DNA of 31,100 nt from Escherichia coli (GTDB taxonomy: Bacteria > Pseudomonadota > Gammaproteobacteria > Enterobacterales > Enterobacteriaceae): NCBI RefSeq assembly GCF_003334765.1, contig NZ_QOWT01000040.1, one strand, 5' to 3'. Below the pieces are notes generated by a model, which had not been told where the DNA came from, did no database searches, and saw only the letters and a list, made by a program, of their open reading frames with translations. Below, piece after piece: positions 21,265 to 31,100 of this stretch (positions are counted from its first letter, which is position 1; every line of letters begins with the position of its first letter). Position numbers and translations under genes: made by a program.

Positions 21265-21358
21265 AAATATGGATTGAAAACTTTACTTTATGTGTTATCG
21301 TTACGTCATCCTCGCTGAGGATCAACTATCGCAAACGAGCATAAACAGGATCGCCATC

Positions 21359-22429
21359 ATGCAAAAAGACGCGCTGAATAACGTACATATTACCGACGAA
21401 CAGGTTTTAATGACTCCGGAACAACTGAAGGCCGCTTTTCCATTGAGCCTGCAACAAGAAGCCCAGATTGCTGACTCGCGTAAAAGCATTTCAGATATTA
21501 TCGCCGGGCGCGATCCTCGTCTGCTGGTAGTATGTGGTCCTTGTTCCATTCATGATCCGGAAACTGCTCTGGAATATGCTCGTCGATTTAAAGCCCTTGC
21601 CGCAGAGGTCAGCGATAGCCTCTATCTGGTAATGCGCGTCTATTTTGAAAAACCCCGTACCACTGTCGGCTGGAAAGGGTTAATTAACGATCCCCATATG
21701 GATGGCTCTTTTGATGTAGAAGCCGGGCTGCAGATCGCGCGTAAATTGCTGCTTGAGCTGGTGAATATGGGACTGCCACTGGCGACGGAAGCGTTAGATC
21801 CGAATAGCCCGCAATACCTGGGCGATCTGTTTAGCTGGTCAGCAATTGGTGCTCGTACAACGGAATCGCAAACTCACCGTGAAATGGCCTCCGGGCTTTC
21901 CATGCCGGTTGGTTTTAAAAACGGCACCGACGGCAGTCTGGCAACAGCAATTAACGCTATGCGCGCCGCCGCCCAGCCGCACCGTTTTGTTGGCATTAAC
22001 CAGGCAGGGCAGGTTGCGTTGCTACAAACTCAGGGGAATCCGGACGGCCATGTGATCCTGCGCGGTGGTAAAGCGCCGAACTATAGCCCTGCGGATGTTG
22101 CGCAATGTGAAAAAGAGATGGAACAGGCGGGACTGCGCCCGTCTCTGATGGTAGATTGCAGCCACGGTAATTCCAATAAAGATTATCGCCGTCAGCCTGC
22201 GGTGGCAGAATCCGTGGTTGCTCAAATCAAAGATGGCAATCGCTCAATTATTGGTCTGATGATCGAAAGTAATATCCACGAGGGCAATCAGTCTTCCGAG
22301 CAACCGCGCAGTGAAATGAAATACGGTGTATCCGTAACCGATGCCTGCATTAGCTGGGAAATGACCGATGCCTTGCTGCGTGAAATTCATCAGGATCTGA
22401 ACGGGCAGCTGACGGCTCGCGTGGCTTAA
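21359..22429 (+). CDS. aroF: Tyrosine-sensitive DAHP synthase AroF (356 aa)
   Basis: [24 protein letters not shown]... lies inside track ORF 21290-22429. Confidence 0.93.
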   Translation: MQKDALNNVHITDEQVLMTPEQLKAAFPLSLQQEAQIADSRKSISDIIAGRDPRLLVVCGPCSIHDPETALEYARRFKALAAEVSDSLYLVMRVYFEKPRTTVGWKGLINDPHMDGSFDVEAGLQIARKLLLELVNMGLPLATEALDPNSPQYLGDLFSWSAIGARTTESQTHREMASGLSMPVGFKNGTDGSLATAINAMRAAAQPHRFVGINQAGQVALLQTQGNPDGHVILRGGKAPNYSPADVAQCEKEMEQAGLRPSLMVDCSHGNSNKDYRRQPAVAESVVAQIKDGNRSIIGLMIESNIHEGNQSSEQPRSEMKYGVSVTDACISWEMTDALLREIHQDLNGQLTARVA

Positions 22430-22439
22430 GAGGTTTATT

Positions 22440-23561
22440 ATGGTTGCTGAATTGACCGCATTACGCGATCAAATTGATGAAGTCGATAAAGCGCTGCTGA
22501 ATTTATTAGCGAAGCGTCTGGAACTGGTTGCTGAAGTGGGCGAGGTGAAAAGCCGCTTTGGACTGCCTATTTATGTTCCGGAGCGCGAGGCATCTATGTT
22601 GGCCTCGCGTCGTGCAGAGGCGGAAGCTCTGGGTGTACCGCCAGATCTGATTGAGGATGTTTTGCGTCGGGTGATGCGTGAATCTTACTCCAGTGAAAAC
22701 GACAAAGGATTTAAAACACTTTGTCCGTCACTGCGTCCGGTGGTTATCGTCGGCGGTGGCGGTCAGATGGGACGCCTGTTCGAGAAGATGCTGACCCTCT
22801 CGGGTTATCAGGTGCGGATTCTGGAGCAACATGACTGGGATCGAGCGGCTGATATTGTTGCCGATGCCGGAATGGTGATTGTTAGTGTGCCAATCCACGT
22901 TACTGAGCAAGTTATTGGCAAATTACCGCCTTTACCGAAAGATTGTATTCTGGTCGATCTGGCATCAGTGAAAAATGGGCCATTACAGGCCATGCTGGTG
23001 GCGCATGATGGTCCGGTGCTGGGGCTACACCCGATGTTCGGTCCGGACAGCGGTAGCCTGGCAAAGCAAGTTGTGGTCTGGTGTGATGGACGTAAACCGG
23101 AAGCATACCAATGGTTTCTGGAGCAAATTCAGGTCTGGGGCGCTCGGCTGCATCGTATTAGCGCCGTCGAGCACGATCAGAATATGGCGTTTATTCAGGC
23201 ACTGCGCCACTTTGCTACTTTTGCTTACGGGCTGCACCTGGCAGAAGAAAATGTTCAGCTTGAGCAACTTCTGGCGCTCTCTTCGCCGATTTACCGCCTT
23301 GAGCTGGCGATGGTCGGGCGACTGTTTGCTCAGGATCCGCAGCTTTATGCCGACATCATTATGTCGTCAGAGCGTAATCTGGCGTTAATCAAACGTTACT
23401 ATAAGCGTTTCGGCGAGGCGATTGAGTTGCTGGAGCAGGGCGATAAGCAGGCGTTTATTGACAGTTTCCGCAAGGTGGAGCACTGGTTCGGCGATTACGC
23501 ACAGCGTTTTCAGAGTGAAAGCCGCGTGTTATTGCGTCAGGCGAATGACAATCGCCAGTAA
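22440..23561 (+). CDS. tyrA: Chorismate mutase / prephenate dehydrogenase TyrA (373 aa)
   Basis: Recognised translation; immediately downstream of aroF. Confidence 0.93.
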   Translation: MVAELTALRDQIDEVDKALLNLLAKRLELVAEVGEVKSRFGLPIYVPEREASMLASRRAEAEALGVPPDLIEDVLRRVMRESYSSENDKGFKTLCPSLRPVVIVGGGGQMGRLFEKMLTLSGYQVRILEQHDWDRAADIVADAGMVIVSVPIHVTEQVIGKLPPLPKDCILVDLASVKNGPLQAMLVAHDGPVLGLHPMFGPDSGSLAKQVVVWCDGRKPEAYQWFLEQIQVWGARLHRISAVEHDQNMAFIQALRHFATFAYGLHLAEENVQLEQLLALSSPIYRLELAMVGRLFAQDPQLYADIIMSSERNLALIKRYYKRFGEAIELLEQGDKQAFIDSFRKVEHWFGDYAQRFQSESRVLLRQANDNRQ

Positions 23562-23568
23562 TAATCCA

Positions 23569-23602
23569 GTGCCGGATGATTCACATCATCCGGCACCTTT
23601 TC
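23569..23602 (+). terminator. Terminator between convergent tyrA and pheA
   Basis: Perfect 12-bp stem GTGCCGGATGAT/ATCATCCGGCAC with 4-nt loop, then CTTTTC. Confidence 0.7.
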
Positions 23603-23603
23603 A

Positions 23604-24764
23604 TCAGGTTGGATCAACAGGCACTACGTTCTCACTTGGGTAACAGCCCAATACCTTCATTGAACGGGTGATTTCCCCTAACTCTTTCAATGCTTTTTGC
23701 ATTTCCGCTGATTCAAGATTGGCCTGAATATCCAGATAGAACATCTCTTCCCATGGATTACCGTGAATCGGGCGTGATTCCAGACGGGTCATAATCAGAT
23801 TGTGGTTGCGCAGTACCAGCAACGCTTCAACCAGCGCACCGGCTTGTTGCCCGGTCGCCATTAACAACGTGGTTTTCGCCGGAACCTGATCAGACACGTT
23901 AATGGCTTTACGCGCCAACACCACAAATCGGGTGAAGTTTTGTCGCTGATTTGCTTCAATACGCTCCAGTACCTGCAAACCGTACAAAGTGCCGCCAGCT
24001 TCGCTTCCCAACGCAGCAACATGCGGTGATTTTGCCTGTGCAACCTTTTCCATTGCCGCAGACGTACTTTCGGTATATTCAATCTTCCAGTGCGGATAAC
24101 GATTAAGGAATTTGCTGCATTGCTGGAATGGCTGCGGATGGCTGTAGACCGTATTGATGGTGGATAAATCAGTAGTGCCGGAGACCAACAAACAATGGTC
24201 GATAGTTAACGTCATCTCGCCAACAATCGACAAGCTGGTATGTTGCAGCAGATCGTAAACGTCGTTTATGGCACCGGAGCTGGTATTTTCAATCGGTACG
24301 ACGGCATAGTCGGCCTGGCCGGTTTCCACCTGATTAAAAATATCGGCAAATTTGGCGCAGCCACTTTCAATGAATTGCTCAAAGTGACGGGCAGCATACT
24401 GGCGCGCCGCAAGATGGGAATAAGAACCTTTGGGGCCGAGAAAAGCGATGCGTGCTGAGTGCGGATTAATTTTATTGAGATGTTGTTGGAGCAAAGCCTG
24501 CTGAGTTAATACGGAATCTTCAATGATGAGCTGGAACAGGCGAGTAATGTAATGGGCGTCCAGATGGTGCGCTTTACCGAGCGTAATTAATCTTTCCAGC
24601 AAATCGCGTTCACGATCAATATCACGTACCGGGCGATGCGAGAGCAGTTTGGCTTTTCCCACCTCGACGGCCAGTTCGCGCCGTTCTGCCAGTAACGCTA
24701 ATAATTTTTCATCCAGCGCGCTGATTTTCTCTCGCAGCGCCAGTAACGGGTTTTCCGATGTCAT
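23604..24764 (-). CDS. pheA: Chorismate mutase / prephenate dehydratase PheA (386 aa)
   Basis: Recognised translation. Confidence 0.93.
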
Positions 24765-24786
24765 AGTGTTGCCTTTTTGTTATCAA

Positions 24787-24817
24787 TAAAAAAGGCCCCC
24801 CGATTTGGGAGGCCTTA
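24787..24817 (-). terminator. pheA attenuator terminator
   Basis: Minus strand reads AAGGCCTCCCAAATCGGGGGGCCTTTTTTATTG between pheL and pheA. Confidence 0.8.
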
Positions 24818-24862
24818 TTGTTCGTCTTCGCATTCTGTTTCACACGACGAAACGCCTCCCAT

Positions 24863-24910
24863 TCAGGGGAAGGTAAAAAAGAATGCGAAGAAAAACGGTA
24901 TGTGTTTCAT
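24863..24910 (-). CDS. pheL: pheA leader peptide PheL (15 aa, [15 protein letters not shown])
   Basis: Reverse complement reads ATGAAACACATACCGTTTTTCTTCGCATTCTTTTTTACCTTCCCCTGA; Phe-rich leader. Confidence 0.85.
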
Positions 24911-24965
24911 GTTTGTTTCCTTAAGTGACTTTAGTACAGTACCCGTACTGTTTTCACGCTGTCAA

Positions 24966-24990
24966 CAAAAAACGCGCCCGAAGGCGCGTT
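24966..24990 (-). terminator. Intrinsic terminator downstream of raiA
   Basis: Stem ACGCGCC/GGCGCGT with CGAA loop; T-run on the minus strand. Confidence 0.7.
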
Positions 24991-25013
24991 GGCGATACAC
25001 TCAATATAAAGGA

Positions 25014-25409
<396 letters not shown>

Positions 25410-25577
25410 TCAAAATGTGTGATGAAAATCTCATAATTTTGTCACTTTTTGTCAACGAATCTTTTTTGTGAGAAATCGCAGGAAGAGATGTTTTTTTACT
25501 TGAGGAATATCTCAAAGCGAGCCATATTTGATGAGATCGATAGCGACTAAATCGCTTCAGTTTCACAACTGACAGAA

Positions 25578-25610
25578 TAAAAAAACGGCAGCTCAAGGGC
25601 TGCCGTTTTG
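25578..25610 (-). terminator. Intrinsic terminator downstream of bamD
   Basis: Stem ACGGCAGC/GCTGCCGT flanked by an A-run and a T-run. Confidence 0.7.
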
Positions 25611-25625
25611 TGTTTCAGGTTTCTG

Positions 25626-26363
25626 TTATGTATTGCTGCTGTTTGCGGCGATGATTTTCGCTACTTTTTCAGCTTGCGCATTCATCTGCATCTGACGGTA
25701 TGCATTTTCCATCAGCGGCAGCGCATCACGCGTAGCCTGGGTATCCGGGTAGTCGCGCAACATGCCTTCTACGCGGTTAACGACGGCAACCCATGCGCCA
25801 CGTTCTGTATAGTACTCGGCCACGGAGTATTCATATTTCGCCAGACGATCTTTCAGGAATACCAGACGTTTGGTGGCATCGGTGGTGTACTGACTGTTCG
25901 GATAGCCGCGCACCAGTTTGGAAAAGTCACTAAACGCAGCTCGTGCATGTTGAGGATCGCGATCGCTACGATCGACGCCAAAGAACCCTTGCAGCGCACT
26001 GTCATCCAGCGCCATATTGGTCAGGCCACGCATGTACATGACATAATCGATATTCGGATGGGTCGGGTTAAGGCGAATAAAACGATCGATGGCAGCCTGT
26101 GCTAACGGCAAATCGGCGTTTTTATAGTAGGCGTAGATGAGATCCAGCTGCACCTGCTGCGAATACGGACCAAACGGATAGCGATTATCTAACGCTTCCA
26201 GTTGCGTTATTGCCTGTCTCCAGTTACCGTCCTGCAGCTTTTGTTGTGCAGTCGCGTAAATTTCATTTGGCGGATTATCAGGTACTTCTTCCTTTGACCC
26301 CGAGCAACCCGCCAAAAACAGGCTTAGTGTGGCGGCTGCCACCAGATATTTCATGCGCGTCAT
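25626..26363 (-). CDS. bamD: Outer membrane assembly lipoprotein BamD/YfiO (245 aa)
   Basis: Lipobox (LFLAGCSGS); TPR-like sequence. Confidence 0.92.
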
Positions 26364-26497
26364 GACGTTTTGACTTTCCTCAAAATGTAATACGGGAGAT
26401 TCTCTGTTCCTGCTCCCGGTTAAGACCAGCTACAATAGCACACTATATTAAACGGCAAAGCCGTAAAACCCCAACGATAAACGAAGAAGCAGTATAT

Positions 26498-27478
26498 ATG
26501 GCACAACGAGTACAGCTCACTGCAACGGTGTCCGAAAACCAACTCGGTCAACGCTTAGATCAGGCTTTGGCCGAAATGTTCCCGGATTATTCACGTTCGC
26601 GAATAAAAGAATGGATCCTCGACCAGCGAGTGCTGGTTAACGGCAAAGTTTGTGATAAGCCGAAAGAAAAAGTATTGGGTGGCGAGCAGGTTGCCATCAA
26701 CGCTGAGATTGAAGAAGAAGCGCGTTTTGAACCGCAGGATATCCCGCTGGATATCGTCTATGAAGATGAAGACATTATTATCATTAATAAACCGCGCGAC
26801 CTGGTGGTACATCCTGGCGCGGGTAACCCGGATGGCACGGTACTGAATGCGTTGCTTCATTACTATCCACCCATTGCCGATGTACCGCGTGCGGGCATCG
26901 TCCATCGTCTGGATAAAGACACCACTGGCCTGATGGTTGTGGCAAAAACCGTTCCGGCTCAGACGCGTTTAGTCGAATCTTTGCAACGGCGTGAAATTAC
27001 TCGTGAGTATGAAGCGGTGGCGATTGGTCATATGACCGCAGGTGGCACGGTGGACGAGCCAATCAGTCGCCACCCGACCAAACGTACCCATATGGCGGTG
27101 CATCCGATGGGCAAACCAGCGGTGACTCACTATCGCATCATGGAACACTTCCGTGTGCACACGCGTCTGCGGTTGCGTCTGGAAACTGGACGTACGCACC
27201 AGATCCGCGTGCATATGGCCCATATCACTCATCCGCTGGTGGGCGATCCGGTTTATGGTGGCCGTCCGCGTCCGCCAAAAGGTGCTTCGGAAGCATTTAT
27301 CTCCACGCTGCGTAAGTTTGACCGCCAGGCGCTACATGCAACCATGCTGCGTCTTTATCACCCGATCTCCGGCATCGAAATGGAATGGCATGCGCCTATT
27401 CCACAAGATATGGTGGAGCTGATTGAGGTGATGCGCGCCGATTTCGAAGAACATAAGGATGAAGTGGACTGGTTATGA
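26498..27478 (+). CDS. rluD: 23S rRNA pseudouridine synthase RluD (326 aa)
   Basis: S4-like N-terminus and pseudouridine synthase motifs (HRLDKDTTGLMVVAK). Confidence 0.92.
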   Translation: MAQRVQLTATVSENQLGQRLDQALAEMFPDYSRSRIKEWILDQRVLVNGKVCDKPKEKVLGGEQVAINAEIEEEARFEPQDIPLDIVYEDEDIIIINKPRDLVVHPGAGNPDGTVLNALLHYYPPIADVPRAGIVHRLDKDTTGLMVVAKTVPAQTRLVESLQRREITREYEAVAIGHMTAGGTVDEPISRHPTKRTHMAVHPMGKPAVTHYRIMEHFRVHTRLRLRLETGRTHQIRVHMAHITHPLVGDPVYGGRPRPPKGASEAFISTLRKFDRQALHATMLRLYHPISGIEMEWHAPIPQDMVELIEVMRADFEEHKDEVDWL

Positions 27479-28206
27479 GTAAGCTGATTGTCCCGCAGTG
27501 GCCGCAGCCAAAAGGTGTTGCGGCCTGTAGCTCCACTCGTATCGGCGGCGTGAGCTTGCCCCCGTATGACTCACTCAACCTCGGTGCCCATTGTGGCGAT
27601 AACCCGGATCACGTTGAGGAGAATCGCAAGCGACTTTTTGCTGCGGGCAATTTGCCTTCTAAACCGGTCTGGCTTGAGCAGGTACACGGCAAAGATGTGC
27701 TTAAGCTCACTGGCGAACCTTATGCCTCAAAACGGGCGGATGCCTCTTATAGCAATACGCCCGGCACGGTTTGCGCAGTGATGACTGCCGACTGCCTCCC
27801 TGTGCTGTTTTGCAATCGAGCGGGAACGGAAGTCGCCGCCGCTCATGCTGGCTGGCGTGGACTGTGCGCAGGCGTGCTGGAAGAGACGGTTTCCTGTTTT
27901 GCTGATAATCCGGAAAATATTCTCGCCTGGTTAGGGCCGGCAATTGGTCCACGCGCGTTCGAAGTGGGGGGGGAGGTTCGCGAGGCGTTTATGGCAGTAG
28001 ACGCTAAAGCAAGTGCAGCTTTCATTCAGCATGGTGATAAGTATCTGGCGGATATTTATCAGCTTGCCCGGCAGCGTCTGGCGAACGTGGGTGTTGAGCA
28101 AATTTTCGGCGGCGACCGTTGTACATATACGGAAAATGAGACTTTCTTCTCTTATCGTCGCGACAAGACCACCGGTCGTATGGCAAGTTTCATTTGGCTG
28201 ATATAA
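27475..28206 (+). CDS. yfiH: YfiH/PgeF family protein (243 aa), start overlapping the rluD stop
   Basis: Recognised translation; 4-nt overlap with rluD. Confidence 0.88.
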   Translation: MSKLIVPQWPQPKGVAACSSTRIGGVSLPPYDSLNLGAHCGDNPDHVEENRKRLFAAGNLPSKPVWLEQVHGKDVLKLTGEPYASKRADASYSNTPGTVCAVMTADCLPVLFCNRAGTEVAAAHAGWRGLCAGVLEETVSCFADNPENILAWLGPAIGPRAFEVGGEVREAFMAVDAKASAAFIQHGDKYLADIYQLARQRLANVGVEQIFGGDRCTYTENETFFSYRRDKTTGRMASFIWLI

Positions 28207-28268
28207 CCTAAAGAATCAAGACGATCCGGTACGCGTGATTTTCTTTTCACATTAATCTGGTCAATAAC

Positions 28269-28297
28269 CTTGAATAATTGAGGGATGACCTCATTTA
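28269..28297 (+). promoter_or_regulatory. Sigma-32 heat-shock promoter of clpB
   Basis: CTTGAA, spacer of about 14 bp, CCTCATTTA, about 40 bp upstream of the clpB ATG. Confidence 0.65.
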
Positions 28298-28335
28298 ATC
28301 TCCAGTAGCAACTTTGATCCGTTATGGGAGGAGTT

Positions 28336-30909
28336 ATGCGTCTGGATCGTCTTACTAATAAATTCCAGCTTGCTCTTGCCGATGCCCAATCACTTGCACT
28401 CGGGCACGACAACCAATTTATCGAACCACTTCATTTAATGAGCGCCCTGCTGAATCAGGAAGGGGGTTCGGTTAGTCCTTTATTAACATCCGCTGGCATA
28501 AATGCTGGCCAGTTGCGCACAGATATCAATCAGGCATTAAATCGTTTACCGCAGGTTGAAGGTACTGGTGGTGATGTCCAGCCATCACAGGATCTGGTGC
28601 GCGTTCTTAATCTTTGCGACAAGCTGGCGCAAAAACGTGGTGATAACTTTATCTCGTCAGAACTGTTCGTTCTGGCGGCACTTGAGTCTCGCGGCACGCT
28701 GGCCGACATCCTGAAAGCAGCAGGGGCGACCACCGCCAACATTACTCAAGCGATTGAACAAATGCGTGGAGGTGAAAGCGTGAACGATCAAGGTGCTGAA
28801 GACCAACGTCAGGCTTTGAAAAAATATACCATCGACCTTACCGAACGAGCCGAACAGGGCAAACTCGATCCGGTGATTGGTCGTGATGAAGAAATTCGCC
28901 GTACCATTCAGGTGCTGCAACGTCGTACTAAAAATAACCCGGTACTGATTGGTGAACCCGGCGTCGGTAAAACTGCCATCGTTGAAGGTCTGGCGCAGCG
29001 TATTATCAACGGCGAAGTGCCGGAAGGGTTGAAAGGCCGCCGGGTACTGGCGCTGGATATGGGCGCGCTGGTGGCTGGGGCGAAATATCGCGGTGAGTTT
29101 GAAGAACGTTTAAAAGGCGTGCTTAACGATCTTGCCAAACAGGAAGGCAACGTCATCCTATTTATCGACGAATTACATACCATGGTCGGCGCGGGTAAAG
29201 CCGATGGCGCAATGGACGCCGGAAACATGCTGAAACCGGCGCTGGCGCGTGGTGAATTGCACTGCGTAGGTGCCACGACGCTTGACGAATATCGCCAGTA
29301 CATTGAAAAAGATGCTGCGCTGGAACGTCGTTTCCAGAAAGTGTTTGTTGCCGAGCCTTCTGTTGAAGATACCATTGCGATTCTGCGTGGCCTGAAAGAA
29401 CGTTACGAATTGCACCACCATGTGCAAATTACTGACCCGGCAATTGTTGCAGCGGCGACGTTGTCTCATCGCTACATTGCTGACCGTCAGCTGCCGGATA
29501 AAGCCATCGACCTGATCGATGAAGCAGCATCCAGCATTCGTATGCAGATTGACTCAAAACCAGAAGAACTCGACCGACTCGATCGTCGTATCATCCAGCT
29601 CAAACTGGAACAACAGGCGTTAATGAAAGAGTCTGATGAAGCCAGTAAAAAACGTCTGGATATGCTCAACGAAGAACTGAGCGACAAAGAACGTCAGTAC
29701 TCCGAGTTAGAAGAAGAGTGGAAAGCAGAGAAGGCATCGCTTTCTGGTACGCAGACCATTAAAGCGGAACTGGAACAGGCGAAAATCGCTATTGAACAGG
29801 CTCGCCGTGTGGGGGACCTGGCGCGGATGTCTGAACTGCAATACGGCAAAATCCCGGAACTGGAAAAGCAACTGGAAGCCGCAACGCAGCTCGAAGGCAA
29901 AACTATGCGTCTGTTGCGTAATAAAGTGACCGACGCCGAAATTGCTGAAGTGCTGGCGCGTTGGACGGGGATTCCGGTTTCTCGCATGATGGAAAGCGAG
30001 CGCGAAAAACTGCTGCGTATGGAGCAAGAACTGCACCATCGCGTAATTGGTCAGAACGAAGCGGTTGATGCGGTATCTAACGCTATTCGTCGTAGCCGTG
30101 CGGGGCTGGCGGATCCAAATCGCCCGATTGGTTCATTCCTGTTCCTCGGCCCAACTGGTGTGGGGAAAACAGAGCTTTGTAAGGCGCTGGCGAACTTTAT
30201 GTTTGATAGCGACGAGGCGATGGTCCGTATCGATATGTCCGAGTTTATGGAGAAACACTCGGTGTCTCGTTTGGTTGGTGCGCCTCCGGGATATGTCGGT
30301 TATGAAGAAGGTGGCTACCTGACCGAAGCGGTGCGTCGTCGTCCGTATTCCGTCATCCTGCTGGATGAAGTGGAAAAAGCGCATCCGGATGTCTTCAACA
30401 TTCTGTTGCAGGTACTGGATGATGGGCGTCTGACTGACGGGCAAGGGAGAACGGTCGACTTCCGTAATACGGTCGTCATTATGACCTCTAACCTCGGTTC
30501 CGATCTGATTCAGGAACGCTTCGGTGAACTGGATTATGCGCACATGAAAGAGCTGGTGCTCGGTGTGGTAAGCCATAACTTCCGTCCGGAATTCATTAAC
30601 CGTATCGATGAAGTGGTGGTCTTCCATCCGCTGGGTGAACAGCACATTGCCTCGATTGCGCAGATTCAGTTGAAACGTCTGTACAAACGTCTGGAAGAAC
30701 GTGGTTATGAAATCCACATTTCTGACGAGGCGCTGAAACTGCTGAGCGAGAACGGTTACGATCCGGTCTATGGTGCACGTCCTCTGAAACGTGCAATTCA
30801 GCAGCAGATCGAAAACCCGCTGGCACAGCAAATACTGTCTGGTGAATTGGTTCCGGGTAAAGTGATTCGCCTGGAAGTTAATGAAGACCGGATTGTCGCC
30901 GTCCAGTAA
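28336..30909 (+). CDS. clpB: Chaperone ClpB (857 aa from [10 protein letters not shown])
   Basis: Two AAA+ modules ([16 protein letters not shown]); the track ORF extends 4 codons upstream to 28324. Confidence 0.95.
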
Positions 30910-30915
30910 ATGATA

Positions 30916-30943
30916 AAACGAGCCCTTCGGGGCTCGTTTTTGT
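30916..30943 (+). terminator. clpB intrinsic terminator
   Basis: Stem ACGAGCCC/GGGCTCGT with TTCG loop, then a T-run. Confidence 0.8.
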
Positions 30944-30989
30944 CTATAAGTTAGACGGAAAAGACTATATTTAAGATGTTTTGCCTGAA

Positions 30990-31060
30990 AAGTGAGCGAA
31001 CGATAAAGTTTTTATATTTTTCGCTTGTCAGGCCGGAATAACTCCCTATAATGCGCCACC
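30990..31060 (+). promoter_or_regulatory. rRNA operon P1 promoter with AT-rich UP element (rrnG by synteny)
   Basis: TTGTCA (31025-31030), 16-bp spacer, TATAAT (31047-31052), GCGCCACC discriminator; AT-rich UP-like sequence upstream. Confidence 0.7.
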
Positions 31061-31100
31061 ACTGACACGGAACAACGGCAAACACGCCGCCGGGTCAGCG

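Noticed and set aside
25608-26105. 165-aa plus-strand ORF inside bamD
   Set aside because: Antisense to the recognised bamD gene.
30133-30831. 232-aa ORF antisense within clpB (similar antisense ORFs at 28908-29375 and 29707-30039)
   Set aside because: Lie entirely inside the well-supported clpB reading frame on the other strand; shadow ORFs.

Overview
Enterobacterial (E. coli-like) chromosome segment matching, in reverse orientation, the K-12 ssrA-to-clpB neighbourhood. Positions 7131-31100 are conserved core genes, all apparently intact: smpB, ratA/ratB, bamE, recN, nadK, grpE, corB/yfjD, ypjD, ffh, rpsP-rimM-trmD-rplS, yfiB-dgcN-yfiR, yfiL, aroF-tyrA, pheA-pheL, raiA, bamD, rluD, yfiH, clpB, then the start of an rRNA operon promoter. 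Positions 1-6553 are the accessory part: an island integrated at the 3' end of the tmRNA gene ssrA (6554-6916, minus strand), running off the window start. It carries an intact P4-type tyrosine integrase and, next to it, a strongly AT-rich three-gene operon with overlapping start/stop codons: a large-serine-recombinase-like protein followed by two tandem ParB/Srx-like proteins, with no ParA partner in view. Beyond it lie about 1 kb of AT-rich non-coding DNA containing perfect palindromes, and one orphan ORF. This operon is the best candidate for an undescribed system (defence, maintenance or recombination module); its function cannot be decided from sequence alone. All identifications rest on reading the supplied translations and the DNA by eye; no database search or computation was run, and GC values are by-eye estimates.
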